Of a stretch of 64,000 bases of DNA, positions 25,101 to 37,859 are shown one piece after another. The notes beneath the pieces are model-generated. The model made no database searches. It saw nothing but the letters and a program-made list of their open reading frames with translations, and was not told the DNA's origin. Each line of letters opens with the position of its first letter. Position 1 is the first letter of the stretch. A program made the translations under genes and the position numbers. Origin of the DNA: Laetmonice hystrix (taxonomy: Eukaryota); the NCBI GenBank assembly GCA_965235115.1, contig OZ249440.1, positions 33,172,001 to 33,236,000 of the forward strand, written 5' to 3'.

Positions 25101-27659
25101 GAGCGAAGCTTTTATGTGGACGATCTATTGCACTCGTGTGCCGACAAGGAAGAAACCAAATTGGTAATATATAACACGCCGAGAGTGCTGCGTGAAGGTG
25201 GGTTCAACCTGACCAAATTCGTCGTTAACGACAGCGAGTTATTAGCCGGAATAAATGAAGAATCGCGGGCAAAGAAAGTGCGCGATTGGTCTCCCGAAGT
25301 GCAAGGCAAGGTTCTGGGATTGAAGTGGAATATCCATGAAGACGCCTTTGTCTACGAAGTCGGAGATATGTCTTGTCGAGTCGTTACTAGGAGGAGTATT
25401 CTGAGTATTGTGTCCTCCATTTATGACCCACTTGGTATGCTTGGGCCAGTAATCTTACCGGGAAAACTGATTTTTCAGGATGCGACGCGCCGCAAGTTAC
25501 CTTGGGATGAACAGGTTCCTGTCGATATTCTTAAATCATGGTTGGCTTGGGTGACGTCATTGAGGTGTATTGCCGATGTTGCATTCCCGAGATGTGTACA
25601 GCCCTTTGGGTATGATTCAAACACGATCATTGAACTACATCATTTTGCTGACGCAAGTGCGCAGGCATATGGAGCATGTAGTTACATAAGGTGCATTAAT
25701 ATGTATGGTCAGGTACACACACAGCAGTTGATTAGCAAGAACAGAGTTGCGCCGTTAAAGTATGTAACCATTCCCCGTCTCGAGCTACAAGCGGCTTTGC
25801 TGGCCGCTAAGTTAGATTCGTTGTTACAAACAGAGTTAGATATTCATATTGATAAGTCTTATTTCTGGTCAGATTCCATGGTAGTACTCTGTTATATAAA
25901 GAACGAAAGCAGCCGTTTCCGAGTGTTCGTGGCTAACCGAGTGAGCCAAATCCGGGAACTTACGAGCGCGGATTCTTGGAACTATGACAGTTCAAAGGAC
26001 AATCCAGCCGACCTATTGACTCGTCCAAACACACAACAGGTTCAGAGTTTGGACAGTAAGTGGATAAACGGCCCTTCATGGCTTAGGGAGGAGAAGCGTG
26101 ATTGGCCTCTCCGCATGGATGCCGTAAATGTGGAGTTGTCATCGGAGGATCCAGAATTGAAAACACATGCTGTATCCCATAGCGTTGATGCCCGTCATGA
26201 GGAGGGAAATGTGTTTCAGAGGATCAGTTCTCACTACTCAAATTGGTATAAGATGCAGAGAGCAATAGCCTGGCTGTATAGATATGTTTTATATTTGGCT
26301 AAAAGACCTTGTGAGGTTGATAATTTGAGTCTTAGTGAGCTAACCCGTGCAAAGGTGATGTTGGTTAAAAACACGCAGTGGTCAGCGTACAGCAGCGAGT
26401 TGCGTTGTTTAAATGACGGTTCTAATGTTAGGAAGTCGAGTCCATTGAGAAGTCTAAAGCCCTTTCTAGATAGTGAGGGAGTCATGAGGGTTGGCGGGAG
26501 GACGGGAAGTCATCCTTATATCATTCCCCCAAAACACCCCCTTGCTGAGGCAATTGTAACCTATTATCATCGTCGCGCTCATGTTGGGGTAGAATGGACG
26601 CTGGGATTGGTTCGACAAGAGTTCTGGATTATCAGGGCCAGACCTTTGATTAAACGAGTTGTTCACAGATGTGTTACCTGTCGCAAACTTTACGGAAAAC
26701 CGTGTTGTCAACAAATGGCTAATCTGCCGCCTGAAAGGTTGCTAGCTGATGAACCCCCGTTCACCAATGTAGGAATTGATGTTTTCGGGCCAATGATTGT
26801 TAAAAATTATCGGTCGGAACTTAAACGGTATGGCTGTATTTTCACATGCATGGCATCACGGGCCATTCACCTGGAGAAGCTTAACACTTTAGATACAGAT
26901 TCGTTCATAAATTCACTCCGGCGTTTCGTCGCAAGACGTGGTAAACCTTGTAAAGTATTCTCCGATAATGGGTCGAACTTTGTTGGGGGAGAGAGAGAAA
27001 TGCGTAAGGCTTTGGAGTCAGTGGACTTCGAGCGGGTCAAAGGTTACGCCGCGAAACAAGGTATTGAGTGGAGTTTCATACCACCTTCGGCCCCCCACAT
27101 GGGCGGCATCTGGGAACGTTTAATTGGTGTTGTTAAACGAGTAATGAAAGCGGTCGTGTGCGACCAACCCAAACTGTCGGATGAGGTTTTAGAGACTTTA
27201 TTTTGTGAAGTCGAAGCGATAGTTAATGGTAGGCCCTTGACGAAATTAAATGATGATGTAAATGATGTAGCACCCTTAACGCCTAATCACTTGCTCTTGT
27301 TAAGAGGTGGGTCTAGTTTCCCGCCAGGGGTTTTTGATCACAACGACAGGTATAGGAGAAGATGGCGTTATGTACAGCATCTGGCAGATGTGTTCTGGCG
27401 AAGGTGGACCCAATTGTATTTACCAGAGCTTCAACGTCGTTGTAAATGGACCAAACTTCATAGGAACGTGTCTGTGGGAGATTTAGTTTTAGTTGCAGAT
27501 GAGAAAACGCCGAGACCTTTGTGGCCTCTAGCTCTGGTTAAGGAGGTATCGGTTGGTCGTGATGGGTTAATTAGGTCTGTAAAACTCCAAACCCGGGCTA
27601 CAGAGTTTGTACGCCCTATTACCAAAGTAATTCTCTTGGAAGCTGCAGTGGATGTTTAG
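22145..27659 (+). CDS. BEL/Pao gag-pol polyprotein (1706 aa once the MITE is removed; 1560-aa ORF downstream of the MITE)
   Basis: Gag LPKVEIDVFTGDP, three Cys/His knuckles, protease LLDTASS, RT WYLPHH/VFDCS/FYVDD, Pao RNase H HHFADAS..TIPRLEL, integrase GIDVFGP/SDNGSNF/WERLIG, and C-terminal LTPNHLL..WPLA. Confidence 0.95.
22477..22867. mobile_element. Harbinger/Tourist-like MITE, 391 bp, inserted in BEL gag
   Basis: TIR GGCC-(A)n-..TTCGTTTCTTGTCC and TAA TSD (22474-22476, 22868-22870). Removal of 394 bp restores the frame (DFAK/LLSAVNLPK). Confidence 0.92.
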
Positions 27660-27753
27660 ACACCATGTCAGGTCAAGCAATGGGAATATCGTGTGGATGC
27701 AAATTGTGATAAAGGTTGATTTTCTATGCATTGTAAGGGGGGGGGGGGGGGAG

Positions 27754-28493
27754 TGTCATCTCTAGCGATGAAATCTAGTCCAATTTTGTACATGTGTAAA
27801 TATTATTATTTATAAATTCGAATTTGTATTAAATTGTGCATGTATCTGTAAATTATCTGTAAAATGAAGTTGGATTTGTAAATTTGCATGAATATCTCTT
27901 TTGAGAAATCTGTTAATGGGGGTGCAATTAATTGTCCTTTTTTGACGATATTATTACGTTTCGTGTTAATATATATATGTCCATTCCGGTTATTAGAACT
28001 CGTATTTGTTTTTCACGCATCAGTGCACCCACGTATCAGTCAGGAGGTCAGGGGTCATTGAGTTTCTTTTCCGGTGCTTGGGGGTGGTAGGGTACATGTC
28101 ATTCAGTACAACAACGTTTAAATTATCGGATCGACGCTGACCCGCATACCTCAGTTGCCGCTGTATACCGCCGTTTCCCGCCGATAATACCTCAAATGTG
28201 GCGAGGTTGTTTCATTAGGCCGCCATTATTGTGTAAGTTTGCTTTCCGAAGCTTTTATTTTATTCTCCGTGTTGTATTTAGCAGTAACTTGTGTGTATGA
28301 TCGATTTTAGTTTGTAATGGGGAGGGGATTGCGTTTGAATTATGAATGCCGGTTTTGATTGTTTACCGAGGTTTTAGTTATTTGTGTCTTTGTATTTTCA
28401 TTTGTTTTGTAGTCTACGTTACCCGTTGACCGGGGACTGTAAGGAATAAAGCGGTGCAAAAACCAAAATGCGTCGTCCTCGCCACACTTGACA
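27754..28493 (+). repeat. BEL/Pao 3' LTR
   Basis: Direct repeat of 21222-21961, preceded by a polypurine tract. Confidence 0.97.
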
Positions 28494-28948
28494 CTGCATG
28501 CCAAAAATTACAATGCCGGACCTGCTGTGTCTGGAACACTCTTTTTCATAGTTTGTCACTGATATTTAGGGCTTCATGTTATGTGGTTAATGGCATTTTG
28601 TGGTGGAAATTTTAGGCAGATAGGCCAAAACCTCTTCATGTCGAAACAAATCGAACATCCCATGTCGAAAAATGCAATGCCGCAGAGCCATGTAAGTGTC
28701 TCGCACCTATTTCAGTTTGAAAGGAAAAGGTGATTGATGTGACCCCCCATCCTGTTGACTGTTCATACACAGCCCTTAGTGTCTTTTTGAATATCCCGGC
28801 TGACTTCCCGACTTCTTCTAGAGAAGTTTAAGTCAAGTCAAGAAAAGAGTGTTCCAAAATGTTTTGGCCCACCGACATATTGCTTATGTGTGTACATGTT
28901 GTATAGACTATAGCAGCACTTTGCCATAGTAAAACATTTGCTGTATAA

Positions 28949-29327
28949 GGCCAAAAAAAAATTCCCAGTTTCTGGTCTGAAGAAAATTTCAAAAGTGGTG
29001 CGGTGACGCGGGTTTTTTTGTTGTGTGTTTTTTTTTAAATATTTTTTTTTTGGAGGGGGGGGGGGGATAGCTGGCTAAGATGGTGAGCCTCATAAGAATT
29101 ATCATATAAAATGAACTAATAGATAAGGACCATGACCTTTGCTGTCATCGCTTTGAATACAAACACACTTCCTTTGCAGTGTTAATGAAATATCCATTAC
29201 AACAATGGTTAGTTTTCAGCCTTACCGCTAGGTGGCAGCACAATTCAGGCAAGCAAAAAAAAGCACTGATGCGCGGCATCTGAAGTGACGCGCGCGCGGA
29301 CCAGAAACCGGGAATTTTTTTTTGACC
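28949..29327. mobile_element. Harbinger/Tourist-like MITE, 379 bp
   Basis: TIRs GGCCAAAAAAAAATTCCCAGTTTCTGGTC versus GGTCAAAAAAAAATTCCCGGTTTCTGGTC, flanked by TAA/TAG. Same terminal architecture as 22477-22867. Confidence 0.8.
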
Positions 29328-30082
29328 TAGCCTCTTATTGAATCCTGGCATTGTATTTGAGATTGAGAAATGGATCTAGCTTTAATTGGAGTTTTTTTTT
29401 GCCAGGATCTTGACAAATTTGGCTTGGAATGTTTAGCCAATTTTCTTTAATGATCATTAAATTTGAGTACTATTGAGTGATGCTAATCATGACAATCACA
29501 GGCACCTACTTTCAGATGTACACGAACATGAGATGTGGAATGATAGCTCTTTTTCAGCTGGTTGCAGGAGGTGAATCAATACTGTAGAAGTATGAAACAG
29601 ATGTAGCAGAAATTTCCTGTAACCAAAGCACCTTTTGTTACATTGCCAATGAAATATATCCTTTATAATGAATGATTTTTGTATTATATCTGTCATTTCA
29701 CTTTTTTCGACTGTACGTCACGTTTTTTGTGAATAAGGTACTCTTAATTAACGTCGCTGTCCAGGAAAACTTATTTTACCATGTAGACCTCCCGGGTCCT
29801 CTCCCGAAGCTCCGTGTAAGAGAACCCTAAACCATACAGCAGACAACCAAATGTTCGACCACTGAACTACACACAGCTACTCACTGCTATGTGGGCGGAT
29901 TATTGGTGGGATGCCAAGTTAGGTTTAGTTCCATAGTAAGGTTAATCCAATGATGAGATTAGTCTTGTGCAGAGCTGGACTTAAGTAAATATTAAAACCT
30001 TAAGTAAGAAACGGTAGGACAGCAGGTGTGCACAACATCAGGGACGTTGATGGTGGATGCCTAACGTTCTACCACTGAACTA

Positions 30083-31303
30083 TGTGGGGTCTTGAGGGTG
30101 TATGTATTTGTAGGGGTATTTCTTGGATTTAGTAAAGCCACCAGTAACGCACGTGTATCCCTGTCTCCATGCTGCTCTCCTCTCTCCCGGCATTTCTTGC
30201 GCCGGGGACCAGCCCTTTATTCCTCCCCTCAGGGATCATACAGTAATCCTTACAATCAGACACCACATCTCCCCCTCTCTTAAAAGGGTAACTGTAATGA
30301 ACTCTTGGTTCTAAAGGGTAACTGTTAACTAACATAGCAAACACTCGCTTTTATGGAGTGACCTGTAACTAACCTAACGAACGAAATCTCTAAGGTAGGC
30401 AGGCGGATGCCTTACCCTGATCGGGCGTTCCTGTTGACCGGGTGGTTGTTCTGCCACTGGCTGTTCAATAGTAAAGTCAACTACACAGGACCGCTCATCC
30501 TCTGCCCGTTGGTTAGGACTACACCTAGCCAAGTGTGAGATGTTCCACGTCTGACCATTAGATAGAAGGTAGGTGTACGGACGGACTCGAGCTACCACAG
30601 TCAGCGGACTAGAGAATTTACTCGCACCTTTCGGTGTGTGTACCGGTTTGAGAATCCGCACCTTATCCCCAGGTGAGAACACCTGAACACATGCATGACG
30701 GGATACGTCAGTGTACACCCGACTCTTTACTTGTTTCTTACGGACTCGCGATCGCAACCCTTCCTCCCCACGAAATGAAGGAGGGTGTGAAACCCCGGTA
30801 ATGTCCAGTTTAGTCTTGAGATGACGTCCATGGAGCAGTATGGACGGCTCAACATCGGTAGTAGCATGGGGCGTGGACCGATACACGGCAAGGAATTCCC
30901 GAACATATGAGGCAACCACATGTCCCTCAAGTCGTGCAGAAAGAACAGTATCATTCAGAACTTTGTTAAACCGCTCTATTTCACTATTCCCCTGCGGGTG
31001 GTAGACGGAAGAAGTTGTGTGCTTAATACCACGCTCAGACAGAAACAATTCCAGTTCCCGAGACATGAACTGGGGACCATGATCTGTAACAATTTCGTCG
31101 GGATAACCCTCTCGACTGAACACACATTTCAAAAACTCAATAACAGTACATGTTGTTACATTATCAACCAGAGCAACCTCAGGCCACTTGCTATAATAAT
31201 CGATGAAAGTAATAGCAAAACGGTCATGCACCTTGGGATACGGCCCAACAATATCCATACCTAACTTTTGCCACGACTTGGCTGGGTATGCGACAGACTG
31301 CAT
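30083..31303 (-). mobile_element. 3' remnant of a Gypsy element: integrase core, PPT and putative 185-bp 3' LTR (30083-30267)
   Basis: Integrase GMDIVGP/DYYSKWPE/VTDHGPQF/EIERFN/YRSTPH. Minus-strand PPT AAGAGAGGGGGAGA abuts an LTR bounded by TGTGG...CCACA that contains AATAAA. Confidence 0.85.
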
Positions 31304-32221
31304 GGGAGGGTCTGGAAACCCTATGTCACCAGTCTCCAGCGTCGGTCTGAGTGCCGAGGCATTGAACACGGCACAGTCCGAGGTAGAGCCATTGGCGCCA
31401 ATGCCGGCCCACAGGAATTTGTACTCTGCGTCTACAAGACCAAGCAGAATGATTGAGAAAAATCCCTTGTAGTTGTAGTACATCGTTCCAGAGTTCCTGG
31501 GAGCCTTTATGGTGATATGCTTCTCGTCAAGAGCACCGCATGCGTGATAGAAATTCCACCTTGCACCAAAGTTGTCCACTATTTCCCTCCACCCATCTGG
31601 AGTTGTTGGCAATTTGAATACCTCTGGCTCGTATTCTGCTATGATAGCTTCACATACTTCTTTCATGAACTTGGAAATGCTGTTATGGGGAACCCGGAAC
31701 GAGAAACAGAGGCTGCGGTAACTGTTGCCAGTCGCTAAATACCGGAGAACGATAGCAAGTTTCAGTCCCGGATCTAGGGGCCACCTGAAACTTGTATCTT
31801 CCTTGGTAATTCTTGGTGTCAGTCGCTGAACCAACTCGTGGAACATTTCGGGTTCCATCCGGAGGAATTGGTGAAAGTCCCCCTGAGCCTCACGTTGTAG
31901 CTCGACCATTAGGGTGTTGTAGCTGCCGTACATCTCCCGTCGCTGTATCCAGGGACGGACCCAGAACCGTCGCCTTCTCTGCCTTCTCTCTTGTCTGTGT
32001 CTGTGGAACGCGAGCAAGGCTGCCACATCTTCCTCCTGTTGCTGCTGTAATTGCAACCTCATTCTCATGAGCTGCAGTAAAATAGTAAAAGCATACAAAT
32101 TATAACCGCAGTGATCTATAGTAACAGTGAAGTACAACTTTATTGGTCAAGGAAACATTACTATGACTTTCAGACGATGACAAATAATTATCTGCAGCCT
32201 TTCAGGTGGTATGGGAGCCAT
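30374..32221 (-). CDS. Chimeric ORF: Harbinger transposase N-half fused in frame to Gypsy integrase core and C-terminus
   Basis: 587 uninterrupted codons in the ORF track (30374-32137), with the junction ..IGFPDPP/MQSVAYPAKSWQK.. at about 31303-31310. Function unproven. Confidence 0.55.
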
Positions 32222-32743
32222 GATAAGGAGCTTCTGGTCACTCTTGATACGGTTCTGTGGAGCAGGGCTGGAACCGAGGTGGATGCTGACATGCCTGCAG
32301 ACTGAGGCCCCTATATACCCCGCTGATTAGTCTTGGCCAGTGGCAGGAACAGCACAGGACAACTCAGGTAGTCATGCGATTTGTCCTCCAGTTGCACGAC
32401 TTGTCTTTCAATCAGATCTGGTCGCACGACAGGTCGTGCCAGTAAGTTGTTGGGCACAGTCGTGTGATTGTCCTACGACAACAGTTTCCTACGACAATGA
32501 AGGACCACCAGAGATTTGTCCTGAAACCATCGCACGACCATTGCACGACAACTGAGGACTAGGTTGCGACAGACTGAGACTACTTCAGTCGCAAGGAGGT
32601 TGTTGCACATGATCAACAACCTCCCTGCGACCAGGACTTGTGGCAGGACTTTTATAAGGTTTTATAAGATTGCCTGGGATTTATAATCGCAGCCTGGTCG
32701 TACCCTGTTGTAAGTTGTCGTATCTCCTAGTGGGACCTAGGCT
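31304..32743 (-). mobile_element. 5' half of an autonomous PIF/Harbinger transposon
   Basis: Terminus AGCCTAGGTCCCACTAGG next to TAA (minus strand). HARBI1-like transposase motifs RRFWVRPW, FLRM..F..L, LRYLATG.SY, GALDEKH and YYNYKGFFSIILL. Truncated at GFPDP. Confidence 0.9.
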
Positions 32744-33300
32744 TTACAGAGTTTCTGGACAGTCTCACCTTTTCAGCTTCAAATGTACCACCCTTATCAC
32801 TGTCCGTCTTGTACAAAACTTAATAAATGACAGTTAAAAACTTCATTTTCAAATGAAAAACCTCAAAAGTGATAGGGCCCAGACTTTCTAACCACTGTTC
32901 TTTTGTCACACTTCCAACAAGAACCCTTTTCACCGCTGAAAATCTTTCGCGAGTTTTTTGGTCCCCTCCAATGTGCACACGACCCAGTGGAATCTCTTTA
33001 TTACTTTTTTCCAACACACCATCCAGAAGATTTTGGTAGTGCTGAAGAATCTGAATGCAGTCGGCATACTCAGTCTCATTGTAGGGTAAGCACTGCAATG
33101 GAAAAATTTCAGTCTTTGTTGCTAGTTGATCTGAAAAAGCACCTGTGATCTCCTTTGGAAGAACCTCTTTCAAAAATGCAAAGAAGGGCATGTATGTACT
33201 TGCAATTCTGCCAATGTGAATTATATAATTGTTACATAACATTTTTATGTCCGAATCACCTGGCTAAAAAGTCTCGGGAGCCACACTGCTTAAAAAATTC
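32744..33300 (-). pseudogene. DUF6589 / Academ-like transposase, central fragment
   Basis: Motifs PYNE...DCIQIL..YQ, GGDQKTRER and FHLKM. After an in-frame stop it continues as LYKTDSDKGGTF..RLSRNSV and is cut by the Harbinger insertion. Confidence 0.75.
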
Positions 33301-34819
33301 TGTGGATTTTCTGAGGGCAAATAAAGAAATAGTGGCCTGTCAAAGAGAGCTAGTGATAGACTGGGCCTAATTTTACAAAAATGCTCTAAATAACTTTCAA
33401 GGGGCATTTTTGAGTAGAAGTTACATAACAATTGATTTCGGTCAATTTTGGGGTGTAAAATTCGAATCTGCCGTTATGTAAGCTGAAAAATTCCATTTAG
33501 AACGAAAAAATTCTAAAAACAAAATGGCCGCCAAAAGGCCATCTCAGAGCCTGAAACGGTGTAAGAAAAGTAATAGACATTTATATATGAGGCAATCTTG
33601 ACAGGGTTTAAACTGAAATATTAATAATTATTTGCAATAAAATGAGTCCTTAACATTTCTCAAATCTGGGAATGGATATTGCCACCTTGGTTACCATGGC
33701 AAGCAGTGCCACCATGTGTTTTTTTGGTATTATCATGTTTTCTTTAACTTTTGTTTATTTAAGAATATGTATAGTAGGAGAAAAAATATGAAAAGTCAAG
33801 ATGATGAAAAGTGCAATTGATGTTCTTTTCTGACCAGTCGTTTGAAATTGTTCCCAACGGTTTCCATGGAAACGGTCATTTTGGGGCAAAAATACCGGTT
33901 TTGATGAAAAGTTTTTAAAAATGCAAATAATTATTAATATTCTAATAAAATATGGGCTAGGCGCCATTAAATTTGAAGGTGCGAAGGCTCCGTATCCATG
34001 GCAACGCACAGGAACCTCAGCATTGTAGGGTGTTTCAAGAAAAGGAACACAAATGTCATTGACTAAAAATGACCTCCGCTCAGATACAGATCAAGACCCA
34101 TCACCCCGAATCTGTTCAAAATTGGACCCCTTTAATGGTTATATGTTTGCAACAACCACACAAAATATAAATGGTGTAGACTAAATGAAGACTGAGTTAT
34201 CGATCATATACAATCTGGACACTCGGAGATAAAAAAAAAACCTATTTTGCCCTGCACTCATAGCAGTATTCTGACTTTGTGCACAAATTAGACAATGAAT
34301 AAATTCATCTATGAACTTCTCATTTTAGTTATGTATTAAGCCAACATGTAAAGTGTTCAAAAGTTGAAATTAATAAATATAAAGTGAGAATCTTCATTCC
34401 CTATGAAGCATGTGAGTACCCCCTCTCATATTTTCAGTAAAAAAAGGTCCACTTTATTATATTTATCCCCATATCTCCCTATGTTGGATTTCAAAAGTGT
34501 CAAATTCAGTTGAGGGAATATGGGAAGGATGTTAACTTCAAAGAAACATCAAAAGAGATGTACTCCAAGTGTCTGTGTGGATGTATGGACCCCTCAAAGG
34601 TGGTCACCCACCCCAGGCAGGAAGCCTAGGTTTAGACAGGGATTAGGGGGAGGGGTTCAAAGGTGCCACTTGAGAGTCTGAGCTGCCTGGGAAGAGGGTG
34701 GGAGTGGGTATATATGAAGCCAACAGGCAGATAAAACTCAGTATCATTTTTCTGTTTGATTAGAACAGGATTTTGAAAAAAATTCGCCTAAATTATAGAG
34801 AATTTCTTAGAAAACTACC

Positions 34820-36800
34820 ATGACATCACGTAGCAGAAAGAAGCACAGCTGGAGACATGGCTTTCAACCTGGTAACTGCGCCTACAAGTTGAGAAAGCAG
34901 GCCGGTAGGCCTGAACCAGACGTAGGTGTCTATGTAAGACCCACCAAAGAAGAATTCGAATTACTCCGCTCACCTACACACAGTGGAAGAGGAGATCAGG
35001 CTGCAGCCACCATCACCGACAGTGAGGGCCGGCTGTGCGAGGCAAGGCTCCTGCGCCCCCTTCGGCACGTTCCAACCCATCTGGAAGCAAGTCAGGATCC
35101 TGTTCCGGGCAGTTCTGCAGACACGAATGCCATCTTCAATCGTGGCAAGCTGCTGGCCATGTTCCAGGAGGCATCAGCTGGGCACAAGGACATTCCCCGG
35201 AGTGTAGAGGGCAGCTTCAATTTAACGACCGTGTCCGAGTCCAGCGTGGCCTAGCCTGGAAGGAAAGCATGGAGTGTAATACTTGCAGTTAAAAGTCCCC
35301 CCTGAGAGCCCTGTATAAGACAGTTGAATCAAATCGGAGGGGTCCTAAGACAGCTGCCCTCAATTATGCTGTTCAGGTGGGCCTAGCCCACACATCCATT
35401 GGCAACACCAGCCTCTCCAATGTCTTGCTGGCAATAGACATTCCCTCTCCATCACAGTCTGGAATGCAAAAGAACGCCAACCTGGTAGGAGACCAGTTGG
35501 TAGAACACAACAGGGAGGACATGAGAAGCATCCGAAGGGAATTACAGCATGTGAACACTTTAAAAGATCTCCCTCCCACTGCTCCTATTAATGTGGAAAT
35601 GGACAGCCGGTATAGCAACCCCATTTACTCTGCTGTGGGTAACTCTCCCTTCCAAGCAGGCACCCAGGTTTCCCATCTTACTGTGGAAAACAGCACAAAG
35701 AAGAAATATGTCATTGATGTGCAGACCCACAGCAAGCTATGTCAGCGGGGGACGCTGATAGCCAGGAGGAATGGACATCGGCCATGTCCTGATCACCCCA
35801 GCTGCACCGCTGATTGAGTGTGCAGTCATTGGCAATGAGAAGCAGTGGGCCAAAGACAGTGTACTTGGTCTGTCCAATGATGGCATCAATGTGAACATTA
35901 TCACCACAGATCTAGACAGTTCTTCCTATAGGGCTGCAGCAGAACTTCACCAGGAAGGATCACTTCGCCACCAACCCCAGCATCAACTAGACACCCACCA
36001 CATATCACGCGGACAACGCAAGACAGTGAAGACCACCTACTTCTCGAAGGACATGTTTCCAGGGCGCACAGCTGCAGAGAAAAGAAAGCTCCAAAACAGG
36101 CTAGCAGATGATCTTCCAGCACGATGCACTGCAGAACACGTTGCTGCATGGCAGGAGTATGCAGGTGATGTGCACAAAGTGAAACGGGCGATGACGTACA
36201 CGCGTGATGCCATCATTCTCTGCTACACTGGTGACCATTCCCTGTGTAGAAGGTATTCACGGGTCTGCAAAGCAAAAAAGAAGAAAAACTGGCTGTCACA
36301 CAGTGCATTCCTGCCTGAGGGCTTTGGCCTTACATGCACAGATGGTGACAAGGAGAAACTGGTCAGACTGATTGAATACAGGCTGGGCCAGAAAGTCCTG
36401 GAAAAGACCAAACACCTGTTAACCACCCAGAAATGTGAAGCTGTCAACAGGGCCATAAGCAGTACAACACCCAAGAACAAAACATTTTCAAGGAACTTTG
36501 CTGCCAGAGTGCACTGTGCTGTGAATGCTGTGAATCGAGGGATTGGTGATTCAATCCTGAGTCAAACGGAGTTTGTGGGAGCCCCAGTCACTCCTGGTAC
36601 ACGGGTGACACGTGGCCTGCTGCGACGTCAGCAGCAGGACATGGCCAGAAAACTTGCCAGGGGGTCAACAAAGAAAAAGAATGCACGAATCAACAAAAGA
36701 AGGACACTTTTTAAGCTTAAGACACCTGCGAACCACAGGATTCTAAAACTTATTACCAGAAAAATCTTGCCTTGAAACAGACTCAGCACAGTGACCATAC
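34820..36800 (+). pseudogene. Kolobok (KolobokP-like / Mutator-like family) DDE transposase, frameshifted
   Basis: Across three ORFs: RGPKTAALN..VGL, IPSPSQSGMQK, VEMDSRY, SKLC..C, IGNE, TTDLDSS, QLDTHH and TQKCEAVN..PKNKTFSRNF..R. Stop at about 35290; frameshifts near 35200, 35812 and 36720. Confidence 0.8.
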
Positions 36801-37388
36801 CTACACAAAAATGTGAACATAAATTATGGCGGTGAGAGAGCTCGGGGTTAGACCTAAACTAAAGCTACACCTACCAGGAAAAAAACAGTTAGGGGTGTGT
36901 TCCCGGGTGCAAACTTGCTGTGCATTACAAACACGTCTTGCAGCATTCACTGGACGTGGCTCAAGGGTCAGGTGGGAGGGATTCACACACAGGGTTTGGT
37001 GGCACAAATGGCTAATTTCAACCCTATCTCCCTGAAGATTGATGTTGGGGGGCATTAAAATCTGAACCGAAATGTGGTTAATATTTGGTTGTTGAATAAG
37101 GTAGTGTAATTGATAGGCTAATCTATGGACACGAAAATAAATCTTTTTAGAGGAACCTGGCAAACGAAGACTTAGAACCCCATAGTGTGAATCTCCCCAC
37201 CTGGCCTCTGTCCACAGGAGGCACCCTCCACCATCTAGTCTACTTTTACTCAGTAACCTGCCCTGTACTTCTGTGACAAACTGCCGCGGCTCTATGATGC
37301 TTTGGTGGGTATGGGTGACACTCTCTGAATGTTGACTTTGGCAACCAGAAGTAAAATTCCTTTGTATAGTGAGTTTCCCATCAGGCCC
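36801..37388 (-). CDS. His-Me finger (I-PpoI-like zinc-binding) endonuclease
   Basis: VHRLAY..EISHLCHQTLCVNPSHLTLEP..VN..R..C. The frame stays open upstream of the ORF call through GCLLWT...HYG to a likely AG acceptor near 37388. Convergent with the transposase. Confidence 0.85.
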   Translation of the reverse strand, partial: GPDGKLTIQRNFTSGCQSQHSESVTHTHQSIIEPRQFVTEVQGRLLSKSRLDGGGCLLWTEARWGDSHYGVLSLRLPGSSKKIYFRVHRLAYQLHYLIQQPNINHISVQILMPPNINLQGDRVEISHLCHQTLCVNPSHLTLEPRPVNAARRVCNAQQVCTREHTPNCFFPGRCSFSLGLTPSSLTAIIYVHIFV

Positions 37389-37859
37389 CTACAGGTTATG
37401 ATCCACTATTTATTTTCTTCTATAATTTAATGTAATGTTTTGGCCATTTTCAATGTTTAAAATAATTTCTGCGAATGTCTGCTTGGCATGGCAGGTTAGA
37501 TATACATGTTTCCGACAATAAAAACTCAATTTACGTATAGGTTGAATGATTAGATTTCATTTTATCGGAGCTTCTGTTACATGACCGCAGGTGGCACCAC
37601 CAAATCGACCAGAATACAGGCCTGTGATACATAACATATTGGCTAAGATTTTCCAAGAAAAGTTAAGCAGATATTCTCTAATAATACACTGATATTATTG
37701 ATCATATAGTGAATGAGCACATTCAGGGGGGTTATATCCATTCTTGGCCCTAGATACATTCACTCCGTAGCTTTTTGAGGGACAACCAGCAGCCCATTGG
37801 CTAAATAGGGGGTCATGACCTACAAGGATATGAAAGAGCTCACAGAGTACATTCAAAAT

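Larger units (their letters stand above)
21222..28493 (+). mobile_element. Full-length BEL/Pao LTR retrotransposon
   Basis: Two 740-bp LTRs (TGTCA...TGACA), 5-bp TSD CTGCA (21217-21221, 28494-28498), poly-G PPT before the 3' LTR, and a single gag-pol ORF. Confidence 0.98.
17585..28877. mobile_element. TA-flanked MITE (about 560 bp native length) expanded by nested insertions
   Basis: About 45-bp inverted repeats at 17582-17627 and 28836-28880 (TGTC(T)GGTGGGCCAAAA..TTTTGGAACACTCTTTTCTTGACT), with TA outside both ends. Confidence 0.65.
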
